A stretch of 64,000 nucleotides of DNA from Tubiluchus corallicola (GCA_030141605.1 JAQGDQ010000411.1:124001-188000); one strand, 5' to 3'. Shown: positions 38,466 to 52,017, numbered from the stretch's first letter. The notes: generated by a model not told the origin, from the sequence alone. Translations and numbers: made by a program.

Positions 38466-38605
38466 CCTGACAATGTACCTCCTTACGATGTTGTGCCTTC
38501 AATGAGACCTGTCGTGCTAGTGGGACCCTCGCTAAAGGGTTACGAAGTAACTGATATGATGCAAAAAGCGATTTTTGACTTTCTCAAACACAAGTTTGAA
38601 GGAAG
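38466..38605 (+). CDS. CACNB: Cav-beta exon, last SH3 strand and GK start ([47 protein letters not shown])
   Basis: Canonical splice sites, phase 0-2; contains the beta-interaction-domain signature. Confidence 0.98.
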
Positions 38606-39703
38606 GTGAGTTTTCTGCTTATATCATAACATTATATTTGTGCAAATCCACAGTTATAACCAATTTTATGGAGGAAAGGTCATTTAGCTAATTAAATGTG
38701 GCTCACACTAAAAGTAGTTATGGCCACCCCTCTGCCTTTGTTGAGCATGTTCTCCATACACAAGTTTAAGGTCTCATTATAGTTGTACATTCATAATAAA
38801 TCTGAGATTTTCATTTAGTAGCTAGATATTAACTCAGTGGTGTGCGAAATTATATATGTGTGGCTGGTTGGTTTTCACCATGTTTACGCTATTGGTCACT
38901 AGGGGTCAAGCAGTGTATCAATTTTTCATCTAAGAAATATTATGATTCTCATTAAGGAATTTTTTTTTAATTTACTGTCCATAACTTATTGCAAACTCTG
39001 CGACAGTTGTTGCGAGTTACTGTCTAGTATGTATGCCTCGGTGAGTTTCTCACGGTGAATAGAGAAGTTAGTATTATCAGAGAGTAACGCAGAAAGTTTT
39101 GCTCTCAGTCTAAACGAGCTTGTGAGTTACTTTCGAGATTTGCAGAACAAGTTTTGCTCTCAAATCTGAACACACTTGTGAGTTACTCATGACATTTGTA
39201 GCAGCGAATAGAGAAGTGAGCATCAACTCACACTTACTGTCAGAGAATAACTCGTAGCACGTTTTGCTTTCTAATCTGAACACGCAAGTTACTCACGACA
39301 TTTCTAGCAGCGAATAGAGAAGAGAGTGTCAGCACATGCTTACTATCACAAAGTAACTCGCAGCAAGTTTTGCTGTCCAGTGTGAACATGCTTACTAGTC
39401 TAAATGCGCCATGAGGCTGTTTTAAATTCAATTTCACAATTTTAATATTGGCCTTAAAACAATCTAGTCTGTTGTTCTTATGTACTGGTCATTATATGTT
39501 GACACTAGGTGGGATGTTCGTGCATCACTGATCAGTTTGTATACTTCTAATTGGATCTGCCATGTTATTCGACTACTTTTCCTCAGTTCTGCAACATTTT
39601 GCATATCCTTGCTACTTCATAAATATTGCTTTATCTCGACTAATACTGATCTTTTAATTTGTACAAGATTTCTAGTTATAAATCTTTGTTGTTTTTCTCA
39701 CAG

Positions 39704-39816
39704 GATAACAATAACCAGGGTAACAGCAGACATTTCTCTAGCGAAGCGATCTTTGCTTAATAATCCAAGTAAACGTGCTATAATGGAACGCTCCAACAGT
39801 AGATCATCTTGTCTGG
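39704..39816 (+). CDS. CACNB: Cav-beta exon, GK ([37 protein letters not shown])
   Basis: CACAG acceptor, GTAGG donor, phase 2-1; conserved sequence. Confidence 0.97.
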
Positions 39817-39859
39817 GTAGGAAAATTCTCTCAGAACTGTGTTAGCATTAGTGATATTA

Positions 39860-40556
39860 CACTCATATCTCGGTTTGCTGGACCTTGCTTTCATGGATAT
39901 CGGAAAAGTTTAACAAAACCCGGGCTGTTAAGAGGTCCAGCATACTACGGACATTTTTTTTGGACAGTCCGTTTTTTCGCGAGCTGACCGCTAGTTGACA
40001 CACCGTCACTCTGTTTACATCATTACATCAGTGTAACTAAGTAGCATGTAACGAGTGTACTTAAAGTGATTGTTTCTATGTATACTATAGTGCACAAAAG
40101 GGAAGTAAGATGACATAAATATAGTAAAAGCTCATTGGTCACACAAAAGTGTCCTATTTAAGCACTTAAAGTGTACTGTACTTAAACTTTAAGTACTTAA
40201 ACTGTACTTAAAGTGATTGTTTCTATGTATACTATAGTGCACAAAAGGGAAGTAAGACGACATAAATATAGTAAAAGCTCATTGGTCACACAAAAGTATC
40301 CTATTTAAGCACGTGCAGAAAAAATATAGAGTCAATTATTCGGAATTATTTGAGTCAATTGCGACAGTTTTTATATACTTTTGCATAGGAGAGGCCCATA
40401 CTAGACGTTTTTGAGACAATTAGGCGACTAATTCTACATTATCGTAAGTCTAATACACGGCTCCTAGTGTATTAGCTTAGTTTCAGCTAATACGGAAAAT
40501 CGGCAAATTCGCACCAACATCTCCCTGCTATTGTCCGTCAAACTGAGACATGAGTG
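39860..40556. mobile_element. Tc1/mariner-pogo type MITE
   Basis: TA|CACTCATATCTCGGTTTGCTGGAC...GTCCGTCAAACTGAGACATGAGTG|TA: ~24-bp TIRs with TA TSD; internal ~110-bp direct duplication. Confidence 0.8.
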
Positions 40557-41439
40557 TATTATGAATTTAAAGGAAATGTCAAGCTTTTTGAGAAGTGGGC
40601 CCTATTTCAATTTTGCGCAAATGTTAGCAGGATTTAGTAATAAAAGTGCAATAAGCGCTTCGCGTAACTAGTAAAATCATTTTAAATTCAAGATCATTTC
40701 ACGGTTTGGCTCTTCCATTTTGAACATCCATTCTTCCACCTCTGACGTCTTTCACTGAGTGAAGAAAAGCAATGCACTGTCACTTTCCATCAAAAACTGT
40801 AATACTTTTATACAAAATTGGATAGTTCACTTTGCGATATCTTTCCATGAACGTTGGGTATTTTGCAGCACTCTGAATTAGTTTAAGCCACGACGGGTTT
40901 ACAAAAAATCATCAAGTCCACTAGTTACATCATGATTTTCAAGTGAATGGCAGCTACCACCGCGCCTGAAAATTTCTATGCAGTGATAGTGCAAATTAAA
41001 ATTATGCTTTATAGATATTTTTTACAAATTTCTTTTGTTATATTTTTCTAAGTTTAAGCAGTAACAGTAAAATAAACCCAACGTGGCGAAACACATGGTC
41101 CTTTACTTCAAAAACTATCATGTTGGTTGATTTATAACTGTGTGACAGTCAATTTATAAAACCACACTTTATCCGAATCACAAAAAATGAGCTTGAAAAC
41201 AAGAGTTTTCACGAATTTCCCGTCGTTGTCAAATGTTAGTTTATTTTAATACGAAATCTTTATTAAAAAATATTAAAAATATTTACCAAAAAGTATAAAA
41301 TATGAAACGAGTATAAAACTTATATACAGCGCAGATAAATTTTACATATAAAAATGGTTAGTTAAAAGATTATGGTTAAAAACACAGAGCCTAGGTTACC
41401 TATGCGTGCTTGTTAAAAGATAAATGATTATTAAGGTTT

Positions 41440-41690
41440 ACACATTTTAAACGTTTTTTAAAAGCTTTCCTACTCTGAGCACTGACCAAGGAGGCACCAT
41501 CGACAGTCTCAGGGAGTTGATTCCAGATTTGAATTATTCTGTTTGATAGAAAGTTTTAAAAACAATCAAGTCGGCAGTGAGCGGGCTGTAACTTCAAGTG
41601 GTGCCCACTGGTTACATTAGATAAAGCTGCTTTGCCAAAAATACATGTTTGCCTATGGTACTATCTCTGTGTAATGTAGAATTTATATAT
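41440..41690 (-). mobile_element. CR1/L2-like LINE 3' fragment
   Basis: Minus-strand TSGHHLKLQ...CRLDCFKNF...IIQIWNQLPETV resembles the CR1 ORF2 end (TRGH.LKL...WN.LP). Confidence 0.6.
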
Positions 41691-41909
41691 GTAATTTGTA
41701 TTTTAATAAGTATTTATTATGTTTACAAACATTGTTTATTTTAATACTTATTGTTTATTTTAATACTTTATGCCATTGTAACATTAATGTCAGTTACAAA
41801 AGATCAAGCAAACACTAATTTTATTTTTTAGCTATGTGGGGTGCAGTGGTCAGTGCTGCCACCTTCAGAGTGAAATAGAAAACTATATGGCAATCTATGT
41901 TTTTTTCAG

Positions 41910-42061
41910 CTGAAGTGCAGCAGGAAATTGAACGAATATTTGAGCTGGCACGGACGTTACAACTTATAGTTTTAGACTGTGACACAATCAATCATCCTTC
42001 ACAGCTTGCCAAAACCTCGCTTGCTCCAATTATAGTGTATTTGAAAATTTCTTCCCAAAAG
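41910..42061 (+). CDS. CACNB: Cav-beta exon, GK ([51 protein letters not shown])
   Basis: TTTCAG acceptor, GTAAGT donor, phase 1-0; conserved sequence. Confidence 0.98.
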
Positions 42062-42494
42062 GTAAGTAGGACGACTAATAATTAATATCAAGAACAAAGT
42101 TTTGTTTATGGAGAAAGAATATTATTGAGATAATTTATTCATAATTTCGTTATCATAAAGATTATTTCAAGATTGTTATTAATGGGGAAATAAACCAATG
42201 ATTATGGTTGAAGGTATTAGAGCTGTAAGCTAAAGATCCCTGGTTCAAATCCTGGTTGTTTCCAGATTTTCTACCTTTCAGAACTTTAAATAATTGTAAA
42301 TACATTCTGTACTTTATGTATAACAGTCATACAAGACTTCTATTGCACAATTCTTTTAAACCACAGTATAATGGCTAAAATTATTTTGTGATATTAGAAT
42401 TTGGTTCCTATTTTTCTGTGCTTCTGCACTATGGTATATTGGTCATATTGAATTTTTATTGAGTAAGCATGCCTGGAATGGTGTACATTCAGTA

Positions 42495-43060
42495 ACAGTA
42501 ATTCAGGCATGCCATTGGTCAAAATGTTTGGATACAGTACTCATCTATGTACTATTCAGGCATGCCATTGGTCAAAATGTTTGGACACAGTACTCATCTG
42601 CATGATCAACAGTAATTCAGGCATGCCATTGGTCAAAATGTTTGGATACAGTACTCATCTATGTACTATTCAGGCATGCCATTGGTCAAAATGTTTGGAC
42701 ACAGTACTCATCTGCGTGATCTACAGTAATTCAGGCATGCCATTGGTCAAAATGTTTGGATACAGTACTTGATCTACTGCAGCTTAGCAGTGATTTCAGT
42801 CCATGTGCCCTCGAGGTTGAACGCAACTGCTACCAGTACATACGTGCCTGGAAGGGTAACAGTAGTTCAAACATAACACGTATACTACTCAAAGTCAGCC
42901 CATGCGTAACTGTGTAACCTTTATGGGTAGTAATTACTGTAGGATTACTGAGGACCTGTAGGTGCAGGTGTAGTAATTACTGTAGTACTACTGAGGACCT
43001 CTAGGTGGAGGTGTAGTAATTACTGTAGTACTACTGAGGACCTCTAGGTGGAGGTGTACT
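42495..43060. repeat. Two short intronic tandem repeats (~55-60 bp x5; ~42 bp x3)
   Basis: ATTCAGGCATGCCATTGGTCAAAATGTTTGGA and GTAGTAATTACTGTAG..TACTGAGGACC units. Confidence 0.85.
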
Positions 43061-43093
43061 AATAATGTAACGAATGTCACCTTCTGTTTTCAG

Positions 43094-43189
43094 GTTCTTG
43101 CCAGGTTGATAAAATCTAGGGGTAAATCTCAGAGTCGGAATTTGAATATGCAGCTTGTTGCTGCAGAAAAACTAGCACAGTGCAGTCAG
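43094..43189 (+). CDS. CACNB: Cav-beta exon, GK ([32 protein letters not shown])
   Basis: TTTCAG acceptor, GTAAGT donor, phase 0-0. Confidence 0.97.
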
Positions 43190-43326
43190 GTAAGTGAAAA
43201 AATTATCATAATGTTGTCTGTAATGAAAAACTCGGACGTTTCAGTATCTGTGTGCTGGTCGCTGTACATTTCAGTTTTGTTTGGCTTCTTTACTGGCTTC
43301 ATTTGAGCATTTTGTTCGTTTTACAG

Positions 43327-43908
43327 GACGCTCAGGAAATGTTTGATGTAATTCTTGATGAAAATCAATTAGAAGACGCTTGCGAACACCTAGCAGAGTT
43401 TCTAGAAGCATACTGGAGAGCTGCCCACCCTCCAGCTCCGACGCGGAGTCCTACGCGCGACCCCAGGAGTCCTCCCACTCACCGCCGTACTGTGCCGCAG
43501 TCTCCCACTAGTCTGACCAGGACGCAGTCTTCACCGGTTTATCACAAGCGCGTGCATTCCGAGCGTCGTCCCATGCATCAGGAAAAGAAGCCAGTATCGC
43601 CACCTAGCAGGGAACATCATCACGAGAGCAGACACCGCGAACATAAACATGATTCTCGTTCTCGTGATATCAGAGACTACGAGGGAGAAACTTACGATAA
43701 CCGCGACACTAGGGTACACGGTGAATATGATCATTATGATCGTGATTACGATTACGGATACGATGACCGATATCACAGAAACGATAAAAAGACCGAAATG
43801 CTAGAGTCAGAAAGACTATATCCTCGCCACCCATCACCAGCGAGTGGCCGAAGTGGCTTAAGGTATGGACGGTCAGCAGGGTCACCTGATCTCAGCATGT
43901 ACAAGTGA
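43327..43908 (+). CDS. CACNB: Cav-beta terminal coding exon ([32 protein letters not shown]...PDLSMYK*)
   Basis: TTACAG acceptor (alternative CAG 9 nt downstream); GK end signature then low-complexity tail; core exons from 26056 give 556 aa without the cassette. Confidence 0.95.
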   Translation, partial: DAQEMFDVILDENQLEDACEHLAEFLEAYWRAAHPPAPTRSPTRDPRSPPTHRRTVPQSPTSLTRTQSSPVYHKRVHSERRPMHQEKKPVSPPSREHHHESRHREHKHDSRSRDIRDYEGETYDNRDTRVHGEYDHYDRDYDYGYDDRYHRNDKKTEMLESERLYPRHPSPASGRSGLRYGRSAGSPDLSMYK

Positions 43909-44522
43909 CCAAGGGTCGTTCCGTCAGCTTCAGTCTGCACATGCCTTATACTCGGTGTGCTGGTGTTTAATATTATTGTTGTCGTTATTGTTGTTGTTGT
44001 TCTGCAAGCGACAACTTCACTTAGGTGTGCATCGTTTCAACCAGCTTCTCTAGTGCATGGCTTCGTTGGCTTCGTTGCACGCTTACACGTTTGAATTCAT
44101 GTCCAGACTTGCAGTGCAACGCTGTGCAAAGCATATTGTTTTAGTTTAGCTGACATTGTTTTGTTGGACGATTCAGAAATTATGATTATTTTTTGTTGAT
44201 TGTGATGGTTATTATGTCTTGTTTGTTTATTGAATATTAATGTTCATATTGATGGACTTTGAGAGTACGGCCTCAGTATGCCGCCATAATATTCTGCTTA
44301 TCACGGTAATAAGATGTAGACGATTTCGAAATGTTAAATTTTGCCCGACTTTTTAATTCTGTTACTGTGGCTATGGAACAGCGCTTAGGAGACATTGTTG
44401 TACAGTAGGTTTAATAGTTATTTGTTAAAGCATTATATTTTGTTGACACACCAGGTGTCACTAAAATCATTTAAAGAGAAAAGAAACCGAGTTGAATTAT
44501 AAGTCGTTGGCTATGTCGTGAG

Positions 44523-45128
44523 CAGTGGTGTAGCAAGTGCTTGTGGCGCCCGGGGGGTGTTTTGATCATTTGTTTCGTGGGTGAAGCCACAAAATGTACG
44601 CGTTTTTTGCGTCCCTAATCCCGACTTTCCTTTTTCGACACGATGAGGTAAAGATAAACGAATTTTTTCTAAGGATCACCCTGAGTTTGATTTCTGGTAC
44701 TGCAACAGAGTAGCTCTTTTCTATACATTAGTTGCTCATAACATGACAGTCATTAAACATTCAGCTCCAGCATTAAAACATGCAAAGATTATGAAAGATA
44801 CAGAACACTACAGGTTTTCACAATAATACAATCAGCATTTAAAGAAACGCCACTGTTTCTCTCAAAATTATTGATCTACTAAACCATACGACACCCTACA
44901 CATGCCATTAAGTAACAACATTAGGCTCTATGTAATAATTAGGTTAGCTACGATGATCTCTGACTAGACAATTTTGTTGTCGTTTGAAAACTTTTGCTAA
45001 TTGTTTTGTTAATGTCCGATTAGTAATTAATAATTAACAGTCATTGAACTGTAGAAGAATTTTGCGTGCTCTCACCCTTGCGATCAGAGGGCGATTGCCC
45101 CCATCTCTCCCACCTTGCTATGCCTCTG
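44523..45128 (+). mobile_element. hAT-like MITE (family C) in the probable 3' UTR
   Basis: TIRs CAGTGGTGTAGCAAG...CTTGCTATGCCTCTG; inverted copy at 16186-16812. Confidence 0.8.
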
Positions 45129-46928
45129 CTAATGACTGCATCACACACTACGTTGCTAGGAAGAAATGAGATTGTATATTTGTTTAAGATGTGAATATTT
45201 TGTTTTTGTTTAGATATTTTGTGCTATATTTGGAATTGTCATGCTTATTTGTTACAATACTGTGTAAATATTTTTTAAGTAAAAAAACCCCATTTTAAAT
45301 CATTTTGTGTGATAATCAGCCCTTTTATGATCTATTTATATATCAAATGTATATATACATTATCAACGTATATTATCTGCTGTTATACCTAAGTGTTTAT
45401 TCTAAACTTTAAAGTTTAAAATCTATTTTCTTCGGTAAATTGTTAAAAATTTTCATCGTGTAAGGAAGTCCGATTTCTGTCAGTTTGAAAATGCTGTAAG
45501 ATGTTACGGAAGCTCACAAGTGCTGTTGATGTTTTAAATTCTGAATACTATTCCGAATTTTGCAACTTGTTTTAAAATCTTTGTTGTTCTTTCCTCTCTT
45601 CCACTTTACCACAAATTTTCATTTCCTGTGAATTTACGGTGTTTTTTGAACTAGTTCCTCAATTCTGTTAACGTGTCAAATGTTTGAGAAGTTAAAAAAT
45701 TATCACTGTTTTTCAAAGTTTGATTTGATTTCCTTTGTACAAATCTGGAGATGGTACTGCACCTGTCAAAGCGATGAAATGTGATTCTGTATCAAATTAG
45801 TGCATCCTCTATATTAAAATTATGACATTATTATGTATAACATTCATTTTATGATTAACAAATTATTAAAATGTGATACTAGTGACTTGAGCTGGGCCAT
45901 TAGAGATATTAGTAAAGATGATACGGTCCTCTGTACAGAAATGATAGGCTCACATCATTTTCACAGTTTCGTTGTGCAGCAGTTGCTGTAGGTCGAAGAT
46001 TAAGTGTACCAATGCGTCTTAACTACAAATGTCACGTGACGTGTGGGTAAAGCAAAGCTGTCTGCACTGCATCAGTTTAGTACAGATACAGAAATGGTAG
46101 GCTCTGTTCTTCTGTATTTCTGTTCAGTAGCTTCAGTTGTTTTACGTGGATTTTTCTTGATTATGCATTAGTCTGTGCATGGAGTGATTGACTAGCAGGA
46201 TCTTGCTTGGAAACAAGAAAACATGAAGTAGGCATGGTTCTAGCTAGCCGTTAAAACTGTTACTATTACAACAGCATGGGCGTGCGAGACATTGTCAGGT
46301 CTACAAATCTGGTACACATAACCTTTGACCTTTTGATAATCACCATCAATCGCTGAAACTGTGAAGAGACTCATTGTCTGCGCTAGACTTACTATTAAGT
46401 AAAGGATAAGAAACGAATACAGGTTGTTCCAGAAGACATCGTGCAATAGAAATATACTAAGGTGTGTGTACAAGGTGTTCCGAAACAAAAGATAGGCTTG
46501 ATATGTGCTTATACTGAAATGTCATTGGAATGAAAAACCAGGTTTCAAGGTCAAGTTATGCACAGTAACATTTCTTTATGAATTAATCTGTATATTTCTA
46601 CTGTACTTTTTCTAGTATACTTTGTGCGATGTCTACAAAAAGAATTATCAGCTCTAGTAAAATTTAAAATTCTGTATAGGGATATTTGTATTTTTAAAAT
46701 TAATTATGACATAGGCCTTCTTCATATAATTGTCACTATAGACAGGTCTGCAAACACGAATTCCTTGTCATTTTCTGAATTTATTGAGACAAAGAACAAA
46801 TCAGACATTTTGGGGGAAATGGACTTTAAGATTGTCAGCGTTGCCATAATCACTTTGACTTGACTTCTTAATATTGTTTTACTTGAGAAATTATTACTAC
46901 TTTCTTCCACAGTAGTTGGAAATTTGTA

Positions 46929-46934
46929 AATAAA
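46929..46934 (+). terminator. Candidate polyadenylation signal of Cav-beta
   Basis: AATAAA followed ~25 nt later by GT-rich GTTGATTTGTTGTTGTG; earlier ATTAAA sites also exist. Confidence 0.4.
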
Positions 46935-47241
46935 ATATTTTTATCATAAAAACGAGTTGATTTGTTGTTGTGTAATCATCATTTTTATTTTTTACTAGGG
47001 CTGTAACTGACGAGTTCTAGGGTATAATTAAGCTAACGAGTAGATTGCTTTAACTTGATAGAAAAATACAACTTTATTCAAGTTTTGCCCAACGAAAAAA
47101 TCAACTGAAAAACTGACAAAAAAACACGCAATGCCCAAAATCTTTTGCCTTAGATCACTTGTAAAAATATGTGCTGCTTACAGTAAAATACGAAACGAAA
47201 CACAACAGTAACGATACACTTAAGTCATGATACGATACCTA

Positions 47242-47577
47242 GTCCTCAACTCAACTAGAAATTCAACTTGGTCCTCAACTCAACTAGAAATTCAACTTGG
47301 TCCTTAACTCAACTAGATATTCAACTTGGTCCTCAACTCAACTAGAGATTCAACTTGGTCCTCAACTCAACTAGAAATTCAACTTGGTCCTCAACTCAAC
47401 TAGAAATTCAACTTGGTCCTCAACTCAACTAGAAATTCAACTTGGTCCTCAACTCAACTAGAAATTCAACTTGGTCCTCAATTCAACTAGAAATTCAACT
47501 TGGTCCTCAACTCAACTAGAAATTCAACTTGATCCTCAACTCAACTAGAAATTCAACTTGGTCCTCAACTCAACTAA
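47242..47577. repeat. 29-bp tandem repeat, ~11.5 copies
   Basis: Unit GTCCTCAACTCAACTAGAAATTCAACTTG. Confidence 0.95.
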
Positions 47578-47849
47578 AGTCTTAACTCACTCGGTACAAA
47601 TGAAATGTGATTGGAAGCCACAGTGTTGGAAGCCAGTTCATAAGGAAGCCCGCCTTTAGCTGTAGCAGACTGCCACAAAAGTGACAAAACATCTCATAAA
47701 ACGGAACGAAATATCCAAAAAAATCGGACACGTTAATTCAAAATGAAAATCTAAATGAAAAAGAAATGAAATAATGTTGGTATCTGTCACTAGTAAAACG
47801 CAATACAAGACAAGACGAAAATTACTTACTCAAAGAAACAGAATAAAAT

Positions 47850-50280
47850 GAAATTCAAAGAAACCAGTGCCAGAAGCACCAAGAAGCATAGCCTTTGATG
47901 TTGTTCAAGCATACTTCACTAGAAAAAGGCACTGAAAAAAGGCTTTAAAAATCACTTGCGCAAAAGATGGGTCTCAAGAAAAGATAAACACGTTCAATCG
48001 TTTGGAAGTAAGAGACACATCTGTAAGAGCGTTGTTATGGGATATGATTATTTCGTTTGTTATATCAAGCTAGGAGACATCGTTGCCTTGCATCCTGTTA
48101 TGTCATCAATGACCGTATGACGCCGATATTAAACCAATCATGTTCATTTCTCTTCAACAAAATGGCACTGCTCTTAACTTCAATGTTCTAGGTATGAATC
48201 TTCCACGAACTGGGGGATTGGGAAAATTGGGTTACCGCAAAAGTATTTTTTCCATCTTTGTTGGTCAATATTAACAAAATTGTATCTACCATAATTCTGA
48301 GGCCAGAAGATATGCTTGGCGATCGAAGTTAAGCAATAAGACTGGCCGGTTGAGAATGGATCGGTGGTCCCAAATGTCATAATCTGGCCCTGCCCTTAAT
48401 AAAGCTTGAAAAAATTCGTTTTCAAATTTTAAAAGAAATACATATGGTTCTATTCTGCAAAGACCTTGCGTTAGTAAAACTTGTAAAATTAAGCTTCATC
48501 CCGCTTGTTATCTCCAAATCTTGAAGTCAAGTTGTACACAAAACAGCTGCAGTTAGTTTGAATACTAGAACATCGAGTTTCTAAGCATCAAGGCTTTTTG
48601 CTAATTGCTCAGGATTTTCAGTTGCATGTCCAACAATCGGAAACGAAGACTAAGCTTCAAATTGTCTTCATCAAACAGCAAACAGCATTTTAACTGAAAA
48701 GCGAAAATCGCAATAGTAAAATAAAATGATTAATTTTACAAATTCCTTAATTTATGCTTTACAATTACAATTAATAATTAAATACACTATTAGTATAATA
48801 TGTGTTGTAAATTTTGGATACCGTGTGGGCCAAAAAATTATATTTACCGAAATATCTTTCAATAAAAAGTTAAGTTTTTTGAGTTGGATATAAAACGTTT
48901 CCTAAAATAGAGGGGAAACTCTCCCCACTTCCTCTTTTGACCCAACCTCTGAGAGTCGACCAATATTGCTGGCTAAGGTTTTTGGGTGAAGCAGAGGTAA
49001 ATATTTACGAAGTTCTGAATATGCACTGATTATTTAAGTATAATGTCAGTGCAGTTATCACAGTCTGTGCATCTTGAGTGTATTATAACCGTTATATGTC
49101 TGTTAATAGTTATTTTAATTTAATCCAATAACAATAGACTAAAAATGGTGATAAAATGGCAAACTAGAAAATCTACATAGCATAAAAAAACTGCTCAAGG
49201 TACAGTACTTTAGAGACACTTTGTACAGATCAGCATAGCGTGCATACTAAATGTCTTAAATACTTTAATAAATTATCAACAGTTGCAAAATGAAGCACAT
49301 TTTATGCTTTTGTTGTTTTTTTAAAAAAAGTCGGACTTTGTTTTTTTGCACATGACAAAGAATGTTGTGTATCCTACAGCATACATTGGGAACAAACGGT
49401 TGTAATTCACGTTCGTAATAATAGACACAGGAATAGACACACCTACTGAACAAAAGTACTAAGCCAAAAAAATTTTTCTTATTAAAAAAATAATTTGGGA
49501 CTGAAAGGCTTAACTAAAGTTGCTACAGCCAAACCTCTAGATGATTGGCAATTTTTTGCAAGTCACACACATTTATTTTGCCACGCAAACATTCTCCTGC
49601 TCACAGAATTTCATCTTTTACACAAAAGTTTGGAGTTTTAGTTCTTTCAAGAATTGTTTGCAGTTGCGACCACTTGGTTATTTACTAAATCGCGAACAGA
49701 CACAGGTGATTTTGAGCGTTTTGCAGTTAGAGCAAAAAATTAATGATGAATTCACAACAACATTAAACTCAATGTCATTAAAAGAAGGATTGAACTGCAA
49801 AATGTGAAGTTCATTGTCATCTCTTATGCAATGCAGACCGTGCTGTTTGACGAAATCCCTGCCCAATAATTCTGTTGCAAAGATATGAAAACTTAGAGGA
49901 GAAATTCCCTGAAATGTTTGTAACTTATCAGGAAAAGATGTGTGTTCCTGACTAGTGACACGGTTTGATATAACCTTCCTCGGCTTTGCGAAAGTTTGTG
50001 GTTTCACAGAATCCGGAGAGTTAGGAAAGAGAGGAGGGTCGGCCGTGGCTTTTAACTTTTTTTGGGCGCGACACTGGGCCAATGCAAAGAACATACCCTA
50101 ATAGGCCGTGCTATCGCCTCCTTCTGTATCTTGTTTGGTAGCATTGCTAGCCAACTATCCAACTCTTTGTCTTCCACCGGAAACCAGTATACCATTATCT
50201 TGCAAAATACAATTTGGATATGAACAGCATGACAATGGCAACAAAAAAACCAAAACGTCTCATCACGTCAGTTACGAGTC
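47850..50280 (-). pseudogene. Degraded THAP-domain P-element/THAP9-like transposase, interrupted by a piggyBac-type MITE fragment
   Basis: Minus strand: SCCSYPNC...VYWFPVEDKELDSWLAMLPNK...IRVCSLHWP...LFPN (THAP C2CH pattern); later KCCLLFDEDNLKLSL...VGHATENPEQLAKSL (P-type DE motif); many stops and frameshifts. Confidence 0.65.
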
Positions 50281-51139
50281 TTGTCTTACAGCAACGTTTA
50301 CAGCAACTATTTTTTTGAATTAGATTTGCTACACACACTATAATTAGTAGTAAATATGTAAATTCTGCATAATTCGGACTAGATTTGTCATTAGTGAAGT
50401 TTAGGTTAGGCTAAATGCTATGCTGTACGATGTAGCATTTCTTACTCTGCTTTTCTAAATTCCTAGCTGGTAAGAAGTACCCGGTAATCTACTAATAAAT
50501 TGTATTATGTTTCGCAGATCTTTTAAATTTTTCCTTAATTAGTATTATGATGTCAGTTGCAATTGTAATTTATGTGCAACTGCTAGAGATTCAAGGCTGG
50601 CAGGCTGCCAACAGATTCTGCTAATTGATAATTGGGCCCTGCTAACTGACATCCAGTAATGATATACACGGTCAGTAACTAAAAATGCATTTCACTCACA
50701 GATAGCGCGTGTTGTGAAAAGACAATTTAAGCAAAGTCTACTACATATATCGTATAGAAAAATTACTCATGGACAGACATGCACTATCACTCAGTACTAC
50801 AGTAATGCTAAACAACGTCAAAGGAAATCTTAGCAATAACTTACCTTTTCTTTTACTAAATCGCAATTCGATTTGCAGTAGCCAACACCACACTTTCTAG
50901 GCATTGTTGCACTTACTATACTTTGTATAGCAGCATAACATTATTCAGACAACAAATTTAGCAGAAAACACTTTCTTGTCGCCTGCTGAAAACAAGCGGC
51001 ACTTACATGACACCACCTCTAGTTCTTTTAGACAATGGTAGACCAGCCTACCTATTGTTTGCCACAGATCGTGAGCGCGCCGTCCCGCGTTTTTTCACTG
51101 TACATTAGTAGTCCCTGATTCGTAGCGTACAGTTTGGTA

Positions 51140-51650
51140 ATTTTTTTCGTCCAATGAATCATACGTCCAGGGACATGATTCTGCTCACCTCCCTATGCCA
51201 AAACTCCCTGCTCGCCACAATGCCCCAAGTGGATTTATTTCTAAGGATCAATGCTGAAGTGTTTAAATATTTCTGTGCAAAATCAAAATATGTTAACATT
51301 TGTCCTCCTGCAGGTTTTTTAGCTGGTTCTATGGCTTGTTGAAGAGCTATCTTCACTGGAACATCATCAGGTAGTCTAAGCATATGCCCAATCCATATTA
51401 AACGGCGTCTTTTTATTTTCCTTGTCCAAGGTTCTTCTTTTATTTTTTCATATAGATGTTTGTTTGAAATTTTCTTTAGCCATCTAATACCCAAAATGTT
51501 TCTGTAATTTCGCCTTTGAAACGCATCGATTTCAGCTTTATGATTTGCTTTTAATGTCCAGAGCTCAGAGTTACACAGAAATACAGTTTCAACTAAGGCT
51601 GAGAATATTCTAATTTTTGTTTTCAAAGAAATCTTCGGTAATTATTCAAA
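51140..51650 (-). mobile_element. RTE-like LINE 3' fragment (second family)
   Basis: KTKIRIFSALVETVFLCNSELWTL...FQRRNYRNILGIRW...RRRLIWIGHMLRL. Confidence 0.85.
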
Positions 51651-52017
51651 TATTGTCATTAAAATCAACATTGTATTTTTTCTGAATCAGTGGTGGTATG
51701 GCGATGCAGTACCGTTTTACTAGGTGGCGTGAATATTTTAAATGTATGAAGAATTTTCGTTTCTTTTGGATACAGAAAACGACATAAGACATCTTCAGCA
51801 AGAAGAAGCAGCCAGTTAATTTTCAACGGAATCTCTCAGTTATATTAATGATTAATAACGAAAAGATTTGCAAACTTGATGCCGTGTTTTAACTGTTTAA
51901 CTCTACCATACGTATTATAATAAGCTCTTTATTTTACATCTTAAGTCTTTCCCCTTGTGAAAATTTTCTAAAATTACACTTGTAAGGGCGCCAGCAACCA
52001 TAGGGCGGGCCCTGTGT

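Noticed and set aside
42200-42270. tRNA gene
   Set aside because: Only a B-box-like arm; no acceptor stem, better explained as a SINE head.
43252-43326. Hydrophobic N-terminal part of ORF 43252-43908 as a signal or TM segment
   Set aside because: Intronic T-rich sequence upstream of the acceptor at 43326.
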